Positions 15,004-29,973 of a stretch of DNA of 64,000 nt are shown here, piece after piece. Source of the stretch: Octopus vulgaris (Eukaryota). The DNA lies in the NCBI GenBank assembly GCA_951406725.2, contig OX597829.1:1-64000 (forward strand). The letters are read 5' to 3'. Both the position numbers and the translations under genes were made by a program. How positions within the stretch are numbered: position 1 is the stretch's first letter; each line of letters starts with the position of its first letter. The notes under the pieces are model-generated. The model saw only the letters and a program-made list of their open reading frames with translations, did no database searches and was not told the DNA's origin.

Positions 15004-15576
15004 GGCAGTGGGCTGGCAGAATTGTTAGCATGCTGGGTAAAATGCTTAGCAGCATTTTTCATCCATCTTCATGTTCTCAGTTACATGGCAATGTCAGTAG
15101 TGCTGATACCAGGAAAAGATCTTCCAAGACACTGTGTAGAATGGTTGGAACCGAAAATATAGTAGAAACCATTCCAAAGCTGACATTGGTGCTCAACTGT
15201 GTTCTTCAATGCCTCACAGCATTGTGTTAGCCCTTCTAAGAATGTACTTGAGAGAGAGAGAGAGAATGTGTGTGTGTGTGGAACCTTGTTAATATATATT
15301 CATGTATGTATAGTTGTCTGTATATTTGTATATATGTATAGATGGATATAGGCCTATGTATGTGTTTGTATGGGGTGTATGCTTGTTTGTGTTTGAGGAC
15401 TAGGTGTTGAGTTCTGCTTTGTTAGTGCATGCAAAATTGTCTTGTCAGTAATTAAATAAATACTTAATAAACAAGAATGCTAATAAATTATGTAACAGTC
15501 ATTATATAATAATTAACAGGTACTTTGTTTGGCTTATAATTTGATCTCTCTTTTTTTCCTTTTTCCTCTTTTGCAG

Positions 15577-15923
15577 CATTGCAAGGTATACATGGAGGAG
15601 ACATGTACGATCCAATGAAAGCTGGCTACTCCCATGTTCCAGACGGCCAGCGTTACGATATGTTAGGTGTGCAGAGTATGCATGGCGCCGACATGTATGG
15701 CCCACCGCCAGTTAGCGGGTCATACAGCCAGATGTCGCAGTTGCGCCCACCTGTACACTCGCAGGCTATGCTTATCCCCGGCCATCCGCACCACATGATG
15801 ATGGGCCACACTGCGCCTGGGATGGGCCATCATGGCATGCCCATACAGACAACACAGAGCCCACCCTTGCATGGCGGAAGCATGGATGTCATGGGCCAAC
15901 AGTTACAGGACATCCATGCTTGA
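15577..15923 (+). CDS. Meis: Meis/homothorax terminal coding exon (long C-terminal activation tail)
   Basis: Polypyrimidine tract + ttgcAG acceptor; GC-rich coding island in AT-rich DNA. Translates (T)LQGIHGG...QMSQLRPPVHSQAMLIPGHPHHMMMGH...GQQLQDIHA*, matching recalled Meis1b-type motifs LQ.., QLR..P.H..IPGHPHH..MM and terminal DIHA. Confidence 0.88.
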
Positions 15924-16184
15924 CTGCATTAGGATAGTGTCAGGAGAGAAGCTAAGAATCTGAGAGACATTCTATCAATCTATCTGTCTGTATGTGTGTA
16001 TCTCTACATACACACACACACACACATTAACATATGCACATATACACCGAGATATATATGTATGAATATATGTACATATAATATGTATATATCTTAAATA
16101 CATGATCATATACACACACATAGACATGTAAAATATATGCTTATGTGTGTGTGATATAAATATAGACAACATAAACCCCTAATC

Positions 16185-16299
<115 letters not shown>

Positions 16300-16313
16300 A
16301 TATTTATATATTT

Positions 16314-16344
<31 letters not shown>

Positions 16345-16434
16345 TTATATATTTATATATATATCTATATATATACATATATATTATATATATATATATT
16401 ATATATATATTTATATATTTATATATATATATAT

Positions 16435-16470
<36 letters not shown>

Positions 16471-17794
16471 ATATATATATATTTATATATATATTTATAT
16501 ATTTATATATATATATTTATATATTTATATATATATTTATATATATATATATTTATATATTTATATATATATATTTATATATTTATATATATATATTTAT
16601 ATATATATATATATTTATACACACACATAGGTACATATACACTCACCAAATCAAAAACTGTGAAGTAGCCTAAAATTTCATTAATACTCTGACTGAGAGC
16701 TACGTTTCTTTCTCTTCTTAATTATCATTACTAATATAATAATTACCCTGAGTTTCCAAATTTTTTTTTGCATATTTATTTATTGTTTTTATTTTTGAAG
16801 AAAAAAAAGGATTTTTTTTTGTTTATATTTTGTTTTTTGTTGCTGCTTGATAGTGACAACAATGACAACAAATAACAAAAAAACATTAAACCAAAATAGA
16901 AGAAAAGAAAGAATTCAGCTAATTAGTTAATTAATCAATACACTTTACAATGAACTGAAATTAGTTAAAACGTATGATGGAAATATGAAACGAAAGAAAT
17001 TTTTTTTTGTTTTCTGTATTTATTTAATTCAATTTTTTTTTGTTAATTGTTAATGATTATTAAACAATTTATTTACATAATATACACCACACATGCATAT
17101 CATATCCCCTTATATATATATTACATACATTGGTGTTTATATGATATTTATGACATGTGTGTGTGTATATCATATGTAAACTTGTGTGCATGTATGTGTT
17201 TCAGTAGATATTTTTTTTTGTTTGTGTAATTGCATAAATTAGCTATGTGCATATAAGGTAGTTGACTCTCAGAGTTGGAAGTAATCATATATGCATTCCT
17301 CTATGTGTGTGTAATAGCATGAGTGGGTCTAACATGTGCACCTATATGCCTCAGCTAGTGTGCATAGGTGCATGTAATTTCTTCTCTCCAACATGTTTAT
17401 ATTAGGTGACGCCGTGCCCTTAATGTAGCCAAAACAGTGGGGCTTTGTGTCTTAAGAGCACATTTCTTTCTTTAAGCAAGTTTGTTTTTGCTATCTCTTC
17501 TAGTGGCTCTCTCTCTCTCTCTCTCTTTTCCTCTCATTCTCTCTCTCTCTCTCACACACATGCACATGAGATTTTTCTCTTTATATATTCTTTCTCTTTT
17601 TTCCATCAATTCTATTTTTGTGTTTAGTGTGAAGCTATGCATTAATTTACACGTGATATATATATAAACATACATGCATGCATACATGCATACATGCATA
17701 CATACATACATACATACATACACACATACATTAATACATACATGCATCTCACAGGCAATGCTACAACCATTCCCTAGCTTCTTCCTCTGGGTGG

Positions 17795-17836
<42 letters not shown>

Positions 17837-18105
17837 TGTTCTTTTACTAGTTTCACTCAAACTATAGATCTCTCCCACCCACTTCACCTTGCTTTCGGTG
17901 CTTTTAGTCAATCATATCAATCCCAGTCCTTGTCTCCACCTGCTGCCTATTTTATCAATCTCTATTTGTTGAGCTACTAAGTTGCAGAAAATAGAAAAAA
18001 AGCAGTTTAAAGGACATCATTTTCTGTTTTTGATAAGTGAAGCATAAATAGATACACACACATTTACATGCATACATACATACATAACATGTAAATATAC
18101 ATGTA

Positions 18106-18155
<50 letters not shown>

Positions 18156-20043
18156 TATATACAGTACACAATTTCCATCTAAATTCTATTCCACCTAAGG
18201 TTATACAAAATGTAGCATGCTCCCTAGGTTTTCCATAGGATTGTGCTAGGAATCCATTAAAAAAAAAGGTGGTCCAATCCCCCATTTTTAGCCTCATGGC
18301 CATGAAAGCAATTCTCTCTCCCTCCCTCTCTCTCTCTCTCTCTTTCTGTCACTCTCTATTGTTGTTATATTTCCATATTTACACTGGCCTATTATCTTGC
18401 TACTATAAAATAAAATGCAAATGGGTGTATGTGTGTCCAACCCATGCCAGCATGGGAAGTGGATGGTATATGATGATGATACATACATACAATGTATGTG
18501 TATGTATATATATATATATATAAATATATAATGTATGTATGTTATATATATATAATGTATGTATGTATCTATGCATGCATTCAATAATTTCCTTTCTTTT
18601 TCTTTCTTCCTTTACGTCTTATCATTATTTTCCTAGTCTCTCTACAAGAATAAGCAAAATGCCGTTTGAGAAGTTAAAATTCTTTCAGGAAATCTAGCAC
18701 AAGCTTCTTTTGGTTGTAGTTACTGTGTGTGTACATGCATGTACGTGTGTGTGTGTGTTTGTGTGTGTGTGCACATATGCATCCACTCTTAAATATATGT
18801 GTATGTATGTGTAAGACCATACAATTTACTTGCCATTTAGTGTTTTTGTACGTGTATATATATGGATGGAGGTGTATGGTCACACCTTCTATAAGAATTG
18901 TATCTTGAATCCAAGAGCTGTCAGAATGTGATGTCACATTTGGCATCAGTTAGATTTTTGACCATTTGTCCAACATTCTTGTCTCATCTTATATGCATCT
19001 CTTACATTCATGCCTACATGCATACATACCCCCACCCCACACACACTTTACTCTTGATTAAAGTAGCTCGCCATCACACAGACAAACAATAATGAATGAT
19101 GCCAGTAAGAATTTAGCTAAAAGCAGGATGTCTATCTTTGCTATAGGTGGGTGCTATGATTCAATGTTCATCCTGGTAGCATGTTTTTTTTCCCTGTATG
19201 ATATATGCAGACACATATATTTATGCTCCATAGACATTAGATCTATGGTATATCCAACAGAGATATCAGATCCCTAGTGAAGAAAGCAAATCATAAATTA
19301 TAGTATTAATGATATACAAAAGAAAAAAAACAAGTATGGTATTTGTACTGTATAAAACATACATGCATTTCTACAAATTACCACCAGGATTACGTAAATG
19401 CTGTTGAAACATTACATAATGTTGCTAAAACACTTCTTCAGTGTTCAGCAAGAAATACATATATATATAAATTTTGGGCGTTTGAATTCTCTGGATGTAA
19501 TTCTTCTATATGGCTAGAGCCATTTCTTACCTATCTTGCTACCCACTTACTCTTCTACAGACCATATAGAAAATAGCGAAATCAATTTATCAGGTTGATA
19601 GAATGATGCAAGTAAAGCTATTTATTTGTTCATTTCACGGACAGAGATGGAACTTGAAAAGCTGTGGTGCTATGGATTTTAAATCATGGCTGTTTTGTCA
19701 ATAGACTTCACATACCATTCAAGTGTCACAGAATGTTATGTGCAATAATAACATGTACCTTTTTTTCTCCCACCCACATCATCACCTCATTTCATTTTGA
19801 TTTCATTCTTGTTCACATTAGTTCATATATAAGAAAACGAGTTATTCGAAAATCCCTAGTTCATAAGAAAATTCCGTTATAATTTATGCATGTGTATATA
19901 TGGCTGTGCATTTGTATGTATTCAGTTTCATTCAGCCTTTATGCATGTAATAATTACATGTGTACATGTGCGTGTGTCATAATTTAGGAAGTACTGAATT
20001 AAATTAAAACATGACTTTTTAAATAAAAAAATACATTCAGGTA

Positions 20044-20630
20044 TTGAGTTGGTAGGTAAATTCTTTTTTTTTTCTTCTTTTTTTTTGCATTTATTTCGAT
20101 TCTTATTTTTCATCAACTGAGTTTTTAAACCTTATACACTGGAGGAAGTTAATGGGTGATAGTATTATGAGGACATCTTACCTCCTAGGCCAATTCCCTT
20201 GTGGATTGGTGCAGATCTTCATAGATGAGCTTCTTGGACATTTCCAATTGATCCTCATTGGATTGATTGAAAAGGTTAGTCAGAATACAAAGAATCTGTG
20301 ATGTTGAATTTCTCCTTCTTGAAATGGGGAAAACCATTTCTGTGCAGTTCAGTCAGTAACAGCACCTTCTTTGTACACAGCGCAAATGTCTCAAACGTCT
20401 TTGGAACCATGGTTGGAAAACTGAAAAGAAACAGGTGTCTGAAATACTAATATTTTCTACTTGGCAGTCTGTTGTCTGAAAAGAGGTAGAATTTATTTAA
20501 GTTTTGAAAACAATAAAACAAAAGTTTTACAGGAAAAAACAGAGCTACAAAAAAGACCTATGGTAAAAATATTTTCAGTGTTAATTCAAAAACATTAGAA
20601 AAAAATGAATGAATTTATCTAACGACTCAA
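20044..20630 (-). mobile_element. Internally deleted mariner relic
   Basis: TA-flanked imperfect TIRs (ttgagttggtaggtaaattc / gaatttatctaacgactcaa). Minus strand gives FRHLFLF..ICAVYKEGAV..AQKWF..LIYED..QSTRELA, the mariner N-terminal HTH region. Confidence 0.7.
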
Positions 20631-21116
20631 TACCATATTTTTTTTTTTAATTAAAAAAATGCATTCAGATAGTTAAGTTACGCTAATTTTTTTTCATTAC
20701 ATCATTTCACATTGTTATTGTATTATACATTATACACAATTCTATACACACTGACAAAGCCAGCAATGATTTAATTAACCACATTAATTAATTCTATTAA
20801 TAATATCTATTTAGGCTTATTTATTTTTTCTTGCTCCTTATTTATTTTTGCCTAATCTCATTAGTTTTATCTTACATATATATATATATATGTGTGTATT
20901 ACTGATGATGATTTAACTTGAATCAGTTCATTTCAATTCATTTCATTAACATTAAACTTTTTTACTCCTTTAGTAAATTGTACACAAGTGCTGAGCAGAT
21001 GTACATTTTGCATGCACATACACACACATGCACAGTTTATAATTATTCACACATTTTCTTCTTTTTATTCAATAACTACAACAATACCTTCTGCAGTATT
21101 TTATCATCTCAGCTGA

Positions 21117-21177
<61 letters not shown>

Positions 21178-21451
21178 ATTGCTGTGGCTACAGCTGCAAC
21201 CACTAGCACCACCCTTGACATAGATGGTAAGGAACTAGGCAAAAATGATTTCAAACACTTTTCTGCTAAGGGCGGGGTGAGAGTGGGTCTTTGCTTTTTT
21301 TTTTTAAACGAGCTTTCATTCAAATCTGGGATCTTTAAAGTAGGTACCAGCTATTTTCTTGGTTTAGCTGCATCACTTATGTTACTTATCCCCCTTAAAC
21401 AAAACTGGCCTCATCATCATCATCATCAAGATTATTATTTTCATCATCATT

Positions 21452-21519
<68 letters not shown>

Positions 21520-22170
21520 TTGTAGAACGACAGAATCAGAGCCTGAAACTTAATGAATTCCATTATACCATATTTGGTCCTCTTGCATGCTCAATCTGTC
21601 CATTTGTCTGATTGTCTGTCTGTGTCATTCTCTCTGTTTTGAGTTCAAATACTATCAAATTCAACATGTATTCAAAACTCTGTTCAGTTCCTGCAAATGG
21701 GTGCACTTTGAGTTATCTATAAATTAAGCCATTATTGTAAAATTATTTTAAATTAATTCTTTTATTTATTATGCCCATTCTTTGGTCTTAATGTTTTTTT
21801 TTTGTCTGTCATCATGAAACATTTAAAAAATGTTTTTCTTTTTCTTTTCTATTTGTGTAGTTGGCAGAAAATTGGATATTTTTATGTATAATGGCTTTAT
21901 TATTAATTCTCACAAAAATAATCAATGGTTATTACTATTAATAGCGAATTTTGTTTTTTCATTTGGCAGATTTTTTTTTAGAGGCCATAACATGCATTCC
22001 ACGGGAGAGGGTAATAATAATAATAGTAACAATAATAATTATCATTATTAATATATAAGTAGAGAGAAAAATGCAAGGATGGGTGTGGGTTGCCTATGAA
22101 CAATAATATTGGATCAAAATACATATAAATATATGAATAGATGTGTGTGTGTGCATAATATATATATATA

Positions 22171-23030
22171 CAGGGTGGGTGAAAAGTAAGTAGGCATTAA
22201 AAATTGGTAATAAAATCCATTATTCCTTTTACAAATTTATTGAAACAGATGATACAGGTCTTTTATTACATGGGGAAAATGAAAGTAAATCATGATATTT
22301 CAACATAAGCACCGATGGCATTAAACCGTTTCCTCAAACAGCAAAAGATGGAATGAACAACCTTCTGAAGGAAATCATCTGGGGATATCATTGAGAACTT
22401 CCTGAATCCGTGTCTCCATGTCCTCCAGTGTGTCTTGTACACCTCCTCTTTTGAGTAACCACACAGGTAAAAATCCCAGTGAGTGAGATCTGGACATCTG
22501 CAGTCACAGTCTTCAGGTTTTAGCTCCTGCACGTAATGGGGTTTCCATGGGCAAAAATTCAATTCTTTATGCAATACAGTACATATTGCATGTCTTGTTA
22601 GTCCACTTTCACGAGCTGCTTGACCAGTTGATTTTTGTGGCCTGTGATTAAGCATTTCCTGTATTGTGGTTATGTTCTTCTCTGATTGGGCTGGACGACC
22701 ACTTCTTCTTGCATCGTTCACAGAGCTTGTGGTCATCAGCTTTGCATGACAACTTTTTATTGTCACCAGACATAGTGTTGCATGCTTACCTTTCCATGCA
22801 TTTCACCATCTTAGAACCAAAACAATGGAATTCCACACTTCATTGGGTGCTACTATCTTAGCAGGCTTCTGAACAGTCAAGTGACCGACCATCATCTGAA
22901 AAATTAGAAATAAGAAAATAAGAAATCCTCATTAGTGCTGTCTGTTTAAAAAATGTTTTTGTCATGACTTCAGTGATACTAAAAATTCTATTAGCAATTT
23001 CTAATGCCTTGCTACTTTCCACCCACCTTG
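22171..23030 (-). mobile_element. Tc1/mariner-superfamily (maT/rosa-like) transposon, internally deleted
   Basis: About 45-bp imperfect TIRs starting CAGGGTGGGTG, TA flanks. ORF 22290-22766 has RRSGRP, HTH and VQELKPED joined directly to PDLT..DFYL.GY.K..VY; the catalytic core is missing. Confidence 0.85.
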
Positions 23031-23069
<39 letters not shown>

Positions 23070-24724
23070 TGCATACATATATAGGTATGCCCACATATGT
23101 ACATACACACTGACACATGCATGCACACACACACACACACACATGCATATACATACATACGAGCACTTGTAAAAGAAATTATGTGTGGATGAAGATAAAT
23201 CAAGACTCTCTCTTTCTTTCTCTGACTATAATTTCAGTTAGAATCAAATTCTTGTAGCAGTCTTCTTTTGTTGTCATCATTGTCATCACTATCACCATCA
23301 TCACAATCATCCTCACTATCATGATCATGATGATCATCATCATAACCATCATCGCCATCATCATCACAACCTGAACTATCACCTTCATCATCATTACCAT
23401 TACAAAATATTGCTATCATTAATTGAATTTGTAATCACTTAATATTTATTACTAATTAATTAAACAGTGAATGTGGTGGAGAGTTTGTAAACATTGTGAG
23501 TTCAGATCTCATATGGCTCAATCAACTTCATCACTTGTTGTTATAGTTTAATATTAGCTACCAGTTATGCACTGGGGCTCAGCAAAATATGCTAATACAG
23601 TGATGACAATTGATTATAAAGCATAATATTACTTACTGCATTTAAAAATACATGTGTGTTGAATGATACCAATACCAGATGTATTTGGCATTTAGCAACA
23701 CCCTACCAAATTTTGTGCTAAGTTAGAAATTACTATTATTGTTTTTATTATTTGAGTGAGTAAAGCATGATGAGTAAAGCAGCATCGTTAGTATGTTGCA
23801 CAGAATAAAATGCTTAGCAGCATTTCTCTTTGCTCTTTTTTCTACTGAGTTCAAATCCTGCCAGGACAACTTTGCCTTTCGTATTTTTTAAGTCAATATA
23901 ATCTAGGGGCCCCTTCTTTCAAAATTGCTGCTGGCCTTGTGCCAAAGTTAGAAAGAGTTATTTTTTTTATAGTAATAATAATACCTTTGTAGGGTTTAGT
24001 AACTGTAGAACAGTGTGTCGATGACATGGACTCATATAATCCATACTAGCATTGAATGCCTATCCTTAATACATTACGCAAGATGTAGTTATACATGAAG
24101 ATATATGTACTACACATATTAGGTACATACATGCAAATATGTACAACACATGCATACATCTCTCTCTCACTTGCACACATTCTCACTGAGAAGCACACAT
24201 AAGATTACCATGTATATGGAAGGGTGCCCTAAGAGTGTGTGTGTTTGTATTGTGTAAATTGTGTGTTGTCCAAAATTCAACCCAAACTTATTGGGATTTT
24301 CTAGAATAAATGCAGCAAGATTGACCTTGATTATAGACTGATGGTTTTACTTTTACCAAATATCTGCTACCAGGAAGATCAAATACAATAAGTTATTCTT
24401 GCAGTTTAAAGGTAAGGTAGCTGTAACAAACACTTTATAGGTAAAAATTACTTTTAACAATCTTATGAAAAATAATAAAACGTGTATAGAATAGTAGCTT
24501 AATACATGGATTAATTAAATTTGTGGGTTTTTTTTTTTTTTTGAGACGAAGTATGCAAGTTTTCATAAACTTGGTTTTATATTTTACCTTGACATACATA
24601 ATTACTTTTTCATTCATTTTTCAATATTCATACATATAAAAAAATGCACTCATTGAAATTAATAGACTGTTAATTAATTGATTAATTAATGTGCTTAAAA
24701 ATTTCATGTGTGTGTGTGTATGCA

Positions 24725-24791
<67 letters not shown>

Positions 24792-24915
24792 TTATGTGTG
24801 TATCTATATATCTCTTTTATAAATATATATATTATCAATATAATTATAGTATATATATAATAAATATATATATATATGCATATATATGCTATAAATATAT
24901 ATATATTATAAATTG

Positions 24916-24969
<54 letters not shown>

Positions 24970-25121
24970 TATATATATATGTATGTATATATTATGATGT
25001 ACTGCATGCTGCTTCTACCTCAAAGAAAGAGAAATCTCAGAATGGTTGTTTAAGTAAAAATAACTGGGAACTTGAAAATTTCAGTTGTTTTAATTCCAGT
25101 ATGGAAATCCTTAGAATACAA

Positions 25122-25162
<41 letters not shown>

Positions 25163-26893
25163 CATTGCTTCAGGTCTATTTCCACTTTTGTTGGGACCTC
25201 TTGCTTAATGCCTTGTGCAAGGATTTATTAAAAAGTATTTTTAACTGTAATTTATTTATCCCTACATTTACTCCATGTGTGAGTGAGTGTGTGTGTGTAT
25301 GCATAAATACCAGCTAGTGCATGATAACATTTATGTATGCATTGTATGTGTGTGAATGGTTGTGTATATGCATGTGTATATGCTTCAAATGTAACCAAAA
25401 GCACAGCTTAACTCCTGGAATACAGCTAAATGTCAGCTATTGTGTCAGATGACTATTTCAGACATTTTTTTCTTTTTTCTTTTTTTTTTTTATAAAAGCA
25501 TATTGATATTTATATTGTTTCTCATTAATATTATTATTATTATTTATTTATTACTTTTTCTTTGAATACGTTTATCCGGATTCTAAGTAATTTGATCATT
25601 TAAATAAAAAACAACAAAAACAAGTAGTAAGTAGATAAAAGAATGACAGTAGAGAAGTGGTGGCAATGAGGATGATGATGATGATGATGACTATGATGAA
25701 GATGGCAGCAGTTGTGATGGCGATGTTAATGACAACAATAATGGCATCGATGATGACAATGATGATGATGATGTTGATGAAAATTATGAAAGTAGACGAA
25801 TGTAAATAAATGAAACTGACAACAATTCTTGATGCTGATAGCAACTGTAATGGTGATATTTGATTATGGTGATATGATTGTGGTAATGCCGATGGTGGGG
25901 ATGTAGAGGAAATTATTATAATACTTACACAAATGACTAAAACAACAGCAGCAACAACAATTATAGTAAAAAAAACAATGATAAACTTCCATAAAAAAAA
26001 AACAAACAGCTTTTCATTCAATAATATGAAATGAACATGCACATACATACAAAGAATTTGACAAAACTGGAACTAATGAAACAAACCAAAAAAAAAAAAA
26101 TAAAGTTATCAAAATAAAATGAGACAAAAAAATGCCCTAAAAACAGGAAAGACTTTAATCTGTACACCACTCCCGAAGAAATTTTTTTTTTTTTTTTGTC
26201 TTTTTTGAGGGATATTCCATTTGCATTGTGTTATCCCTTGGATGTATTTGTTGTATTTCCATGAAACATGCCATTGTAAATACAGATGTATGAAAACGAA
26301 AAAAAAAATCATTTAAAAAAAAAAGAAGACATTACCTTTTGGTGAACGGTTCCTGGAAAAGTATAAATTAAAAAAAATAAAAAGAACCATAAAATTAAAA
26401 ATGCATCGTCTTGGGCAGATACTGAGATTTGAACCCTATATTTATACAAAGCCAAAATATATATATATAAACATATACATATATATATATATATATAAAA
26501 TAAGAAAACAATATAAAGAAATATAATGGAAATCAGGTGACTTTTGGAAAGAGAAAAAAGATGAAAAAATAAAGATAATAATAATAATAATAACAAAGCT
26601 TGGCAACAACAAGAATGATTTAAGAGAAAATTTATTAATTTTGAATTTTCTGTTTGATGAACTCAAAATTTTTTTTTTTTTCTAAAGAGTGATTTTGCTG
26701 AGGTAACAAATGATTTGAGTTAATTAATTGTTAGAGGAAATTTATACTCGCTAATTATTAATTTCCCGATTATTGACATCACAAGAACTTCTGGAAAATG
26801 TCTTTTGTACTGGAGACTTTTATTACACATTGTAATGTCATATAATATGATGTAACACACACACACACATACATACACACACACACATATATA

Positions 26894-26940
<47 letters not shown>

Positions 26941-27035
26941 ATGTATATACATATGTGTGTGTGTATCTTTAACTGTTGTTGGTACTTTTTCCACAGGTAA
27001 CAAAAAAAGAATTGTATGAGTAAGTACAATGGGTG

Positions 27036-27107
<72 letters not shown>

Positions 27108-27145
27108 ATTATATATATATTATATATATATATTATATATATATA

Positions 27146-27332
<187 letters not shown>

Positions 27333-28611
27333 ATATATTATATATATACACATTTACCCTCTATATCAGTCGTACCTTCTCATCTCTGTATTTAGGTTAG
27401 TAACTTCAATAAAAGACTTTTTTTTTGTCCCCCTCCAGTTAATTATTCTTATATTCTTATAACCAAACACAATTGTTGCATTGTATAGGAGATTCTCTTT
27501 TATTTTCTTCTAGAAATGTGGTCTGTTATTTTGTAAAATATGGGGTAAAGAATCTTTTATGTCTGCCAATGTTTTTTGTCTTGAGTGGAATTTTTACATT
27601 CAATTTTCTATTGAATTGAAGAGAAATGAAAAACAAACAAAAAAATTCTCAGCTTTTAATTGTTATTTTTTGTTGTTTCATTTTGTTTGTTTTACTCCTG
27701 ATATTCTTCTCCTTCATCTCCTCCTTCTTCTTTTTCTCCTCCTCCTCCTTTCATTCTGTGGTGTTGCAATTTCTCAACCTTTTTTTTTTTCCACTTCTAA
27801 AAAAAATACTTTTTTTAAAAGTAACCATAAAATAAAAGCAAAGTTATGTTGTGTGTGAGTGTGTGTTTGTGATAAAATAGACATATTGTAAATTAAAAGA
27901 GTAGAAAAAATACCAAAAAAAAAAAGAAATAATAATAATAATAAACGACCCGAGATAGGGAGGCATTTTCTGATATTTTTCATTTCTTCATGCTCATGTG
28001 CATGCATGTATGTATGGTATGGTTGTGAAGGCATTGCAATACTCAGTGTGTGTATATATATATGTAATATATATATAGTATATTATATATATATTGATGA
28101 CGATGACGGTGATGAAAAATACTATTACGGTCATCTTCCTGTTGATGATGCTGATGCTGGGATGAAACCATTTTCTTATTGGTAAATGACAAAGATAAAG
28201 TTGATGATGATGATGATGAGAACAATCTTTTCTTTATTCTTAATAATGATAATAATAACAGTAATAATAATAATAATAATGATAGCGACGCTGACGTATT
28301 TTAAAGGTTTTGATTGCCTAAATGAGTTCATATTTATTGTATTTGTGTAAATGATTGTGTTTGGCTATTTACTGACACATTTCCATAAATTTTATGCAAA
28401 TTGTAATAGATGTATAGATTCCTGTTTAAAAAATTTTTTTTTAATTAAATTAATTTCAAGCTTCATTTATATTTACGTACCCAATCATACTGCAATTAAA
28501 ATTATGGAAATTAATCATTGAGTGTGATGGAACTGTTTACAAAAATTAATTGTAATATATTTATTTACATTGTGCAAAAAATGAGAATATAAAAAATAAT
28601 GAATATAGCAT

Positions 28612-29350
28612 ATAGGCGTGGGTGCGTGGTAAGTAGCTTGCTTACCAACCACCTGGTTGTGAGTTCAATCTCACTGCATGGCACCTTTGGCAAGTGTCTT
28701 CTACTGTGTAGCCTCAGGCCGACCAAAGCCTTGTGAGTGGATTTGGTAGACGGAAACTGAAAGAAGCCTATCATGTGTGTGTGTGTTTGTTTTGTCTCCC
28801 TCAAATGTCACTTGACAACTGATGCTGGTGTGTTTATGTCTCCGTAACCTAGTGGTTCAGCAAAAGTGACCGAGAGAATAAGAGCTAGGCTTACAAAGAA
28901 TAAATCCTGGGGTCGATTTGCTCGACTAAAGGTAGTGCTCTAGCATGGCCATAGTCAAATGACTGAAACAAGTAAGAATAAAAGAATAGCTTGGACACAT
29001 GCATGGTTGTATAGTAAGAAGTTTGCTTCCCAACCACATGGCTTCAGGTTCAATCCTACTGAATGGTACCTTGGGGAAACTATCTTCCACTTTGTCTTTG
29101 TGGTAACTGAGGCCTTATTAGTGAATTTGAGTTCATATATATATATGTGTGTGTGTGTGTCTTTTTGTTTGTTTTTGCCCCACTACCACCACTTGACAAC
29201 TGATGTTTACATTCCGGTAATTTAACAGTTCAGCTAAAGAGACTGGTAGAATAAGTTCTAGGCATAAAAAAAGGAAAGGTACTGGGGTTGATTTGTTTGA
29301 TTAAAACCCCTTCAAAGTGGCTTCAGACAAAATCGGAAATGAGAAAAGAA
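28612..29350 (+). mobile_element. SINE family A, two head-to-tail copies
   Basis: 28612-28990 aligns with 2352-2750; a more decayed copy follows directly. Confidence 0.8.
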
Positions 29351-29747
29351 TCCTATCTCTAAAGAGATAAAAAAGAAGGATATTACATGTGTGTGTGTGT
29401 GTGTGTATATGAGAGAGAGAGAAGATTTGTGCATAGTGTTCTATGAATGCATACATTACTTCATGTGTAATTACTGTTATTGCTCCTTTCTGGATTATTG
29501 TAAGGTTCTTGATTAATACCTGTCAATTCTCAAATAAATCAACGAAGGGCTCATCAGTTAATGAAGTCAAGACTCGTGTGTTCTTATTAAAAGATACAAC
29601 GTCAGACATGATGCACTCGTAAAGAAAAATTCGGAAAACTTATCAAAATATGGTCAAAGATAATGATACAAGTTTTCATGCTGCACATAATTAGATAAAA
29701 TCAGTTTATTATTATCATCATCATCATCATCATTTTTATTATTATTA

Positions 29748-29934
29748 GGTGGTGAGCTATTAAAATTGTTTACATGCCAGGCTAAATGCTTAGTGGCATA
29801 TCATCCATTTTTATGTTCTGAATTCAAATTCCACTGAGGTTGATAAATTAAGTACGAGTGAAACATTGGGGGTCGATGTAATTAACTAGTTCCCTCCCTC
29901 TAAATTTCAGGCTTCATGCCTTTAGCAGAAAGGA

Positions 29935-29973
<39 letters not shown>

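Noticed and set aside
14664-15576. Short-isoform (Meis1a-type) alternative exon
   Set aside because: No in-phase exon with a similar peptide was found.
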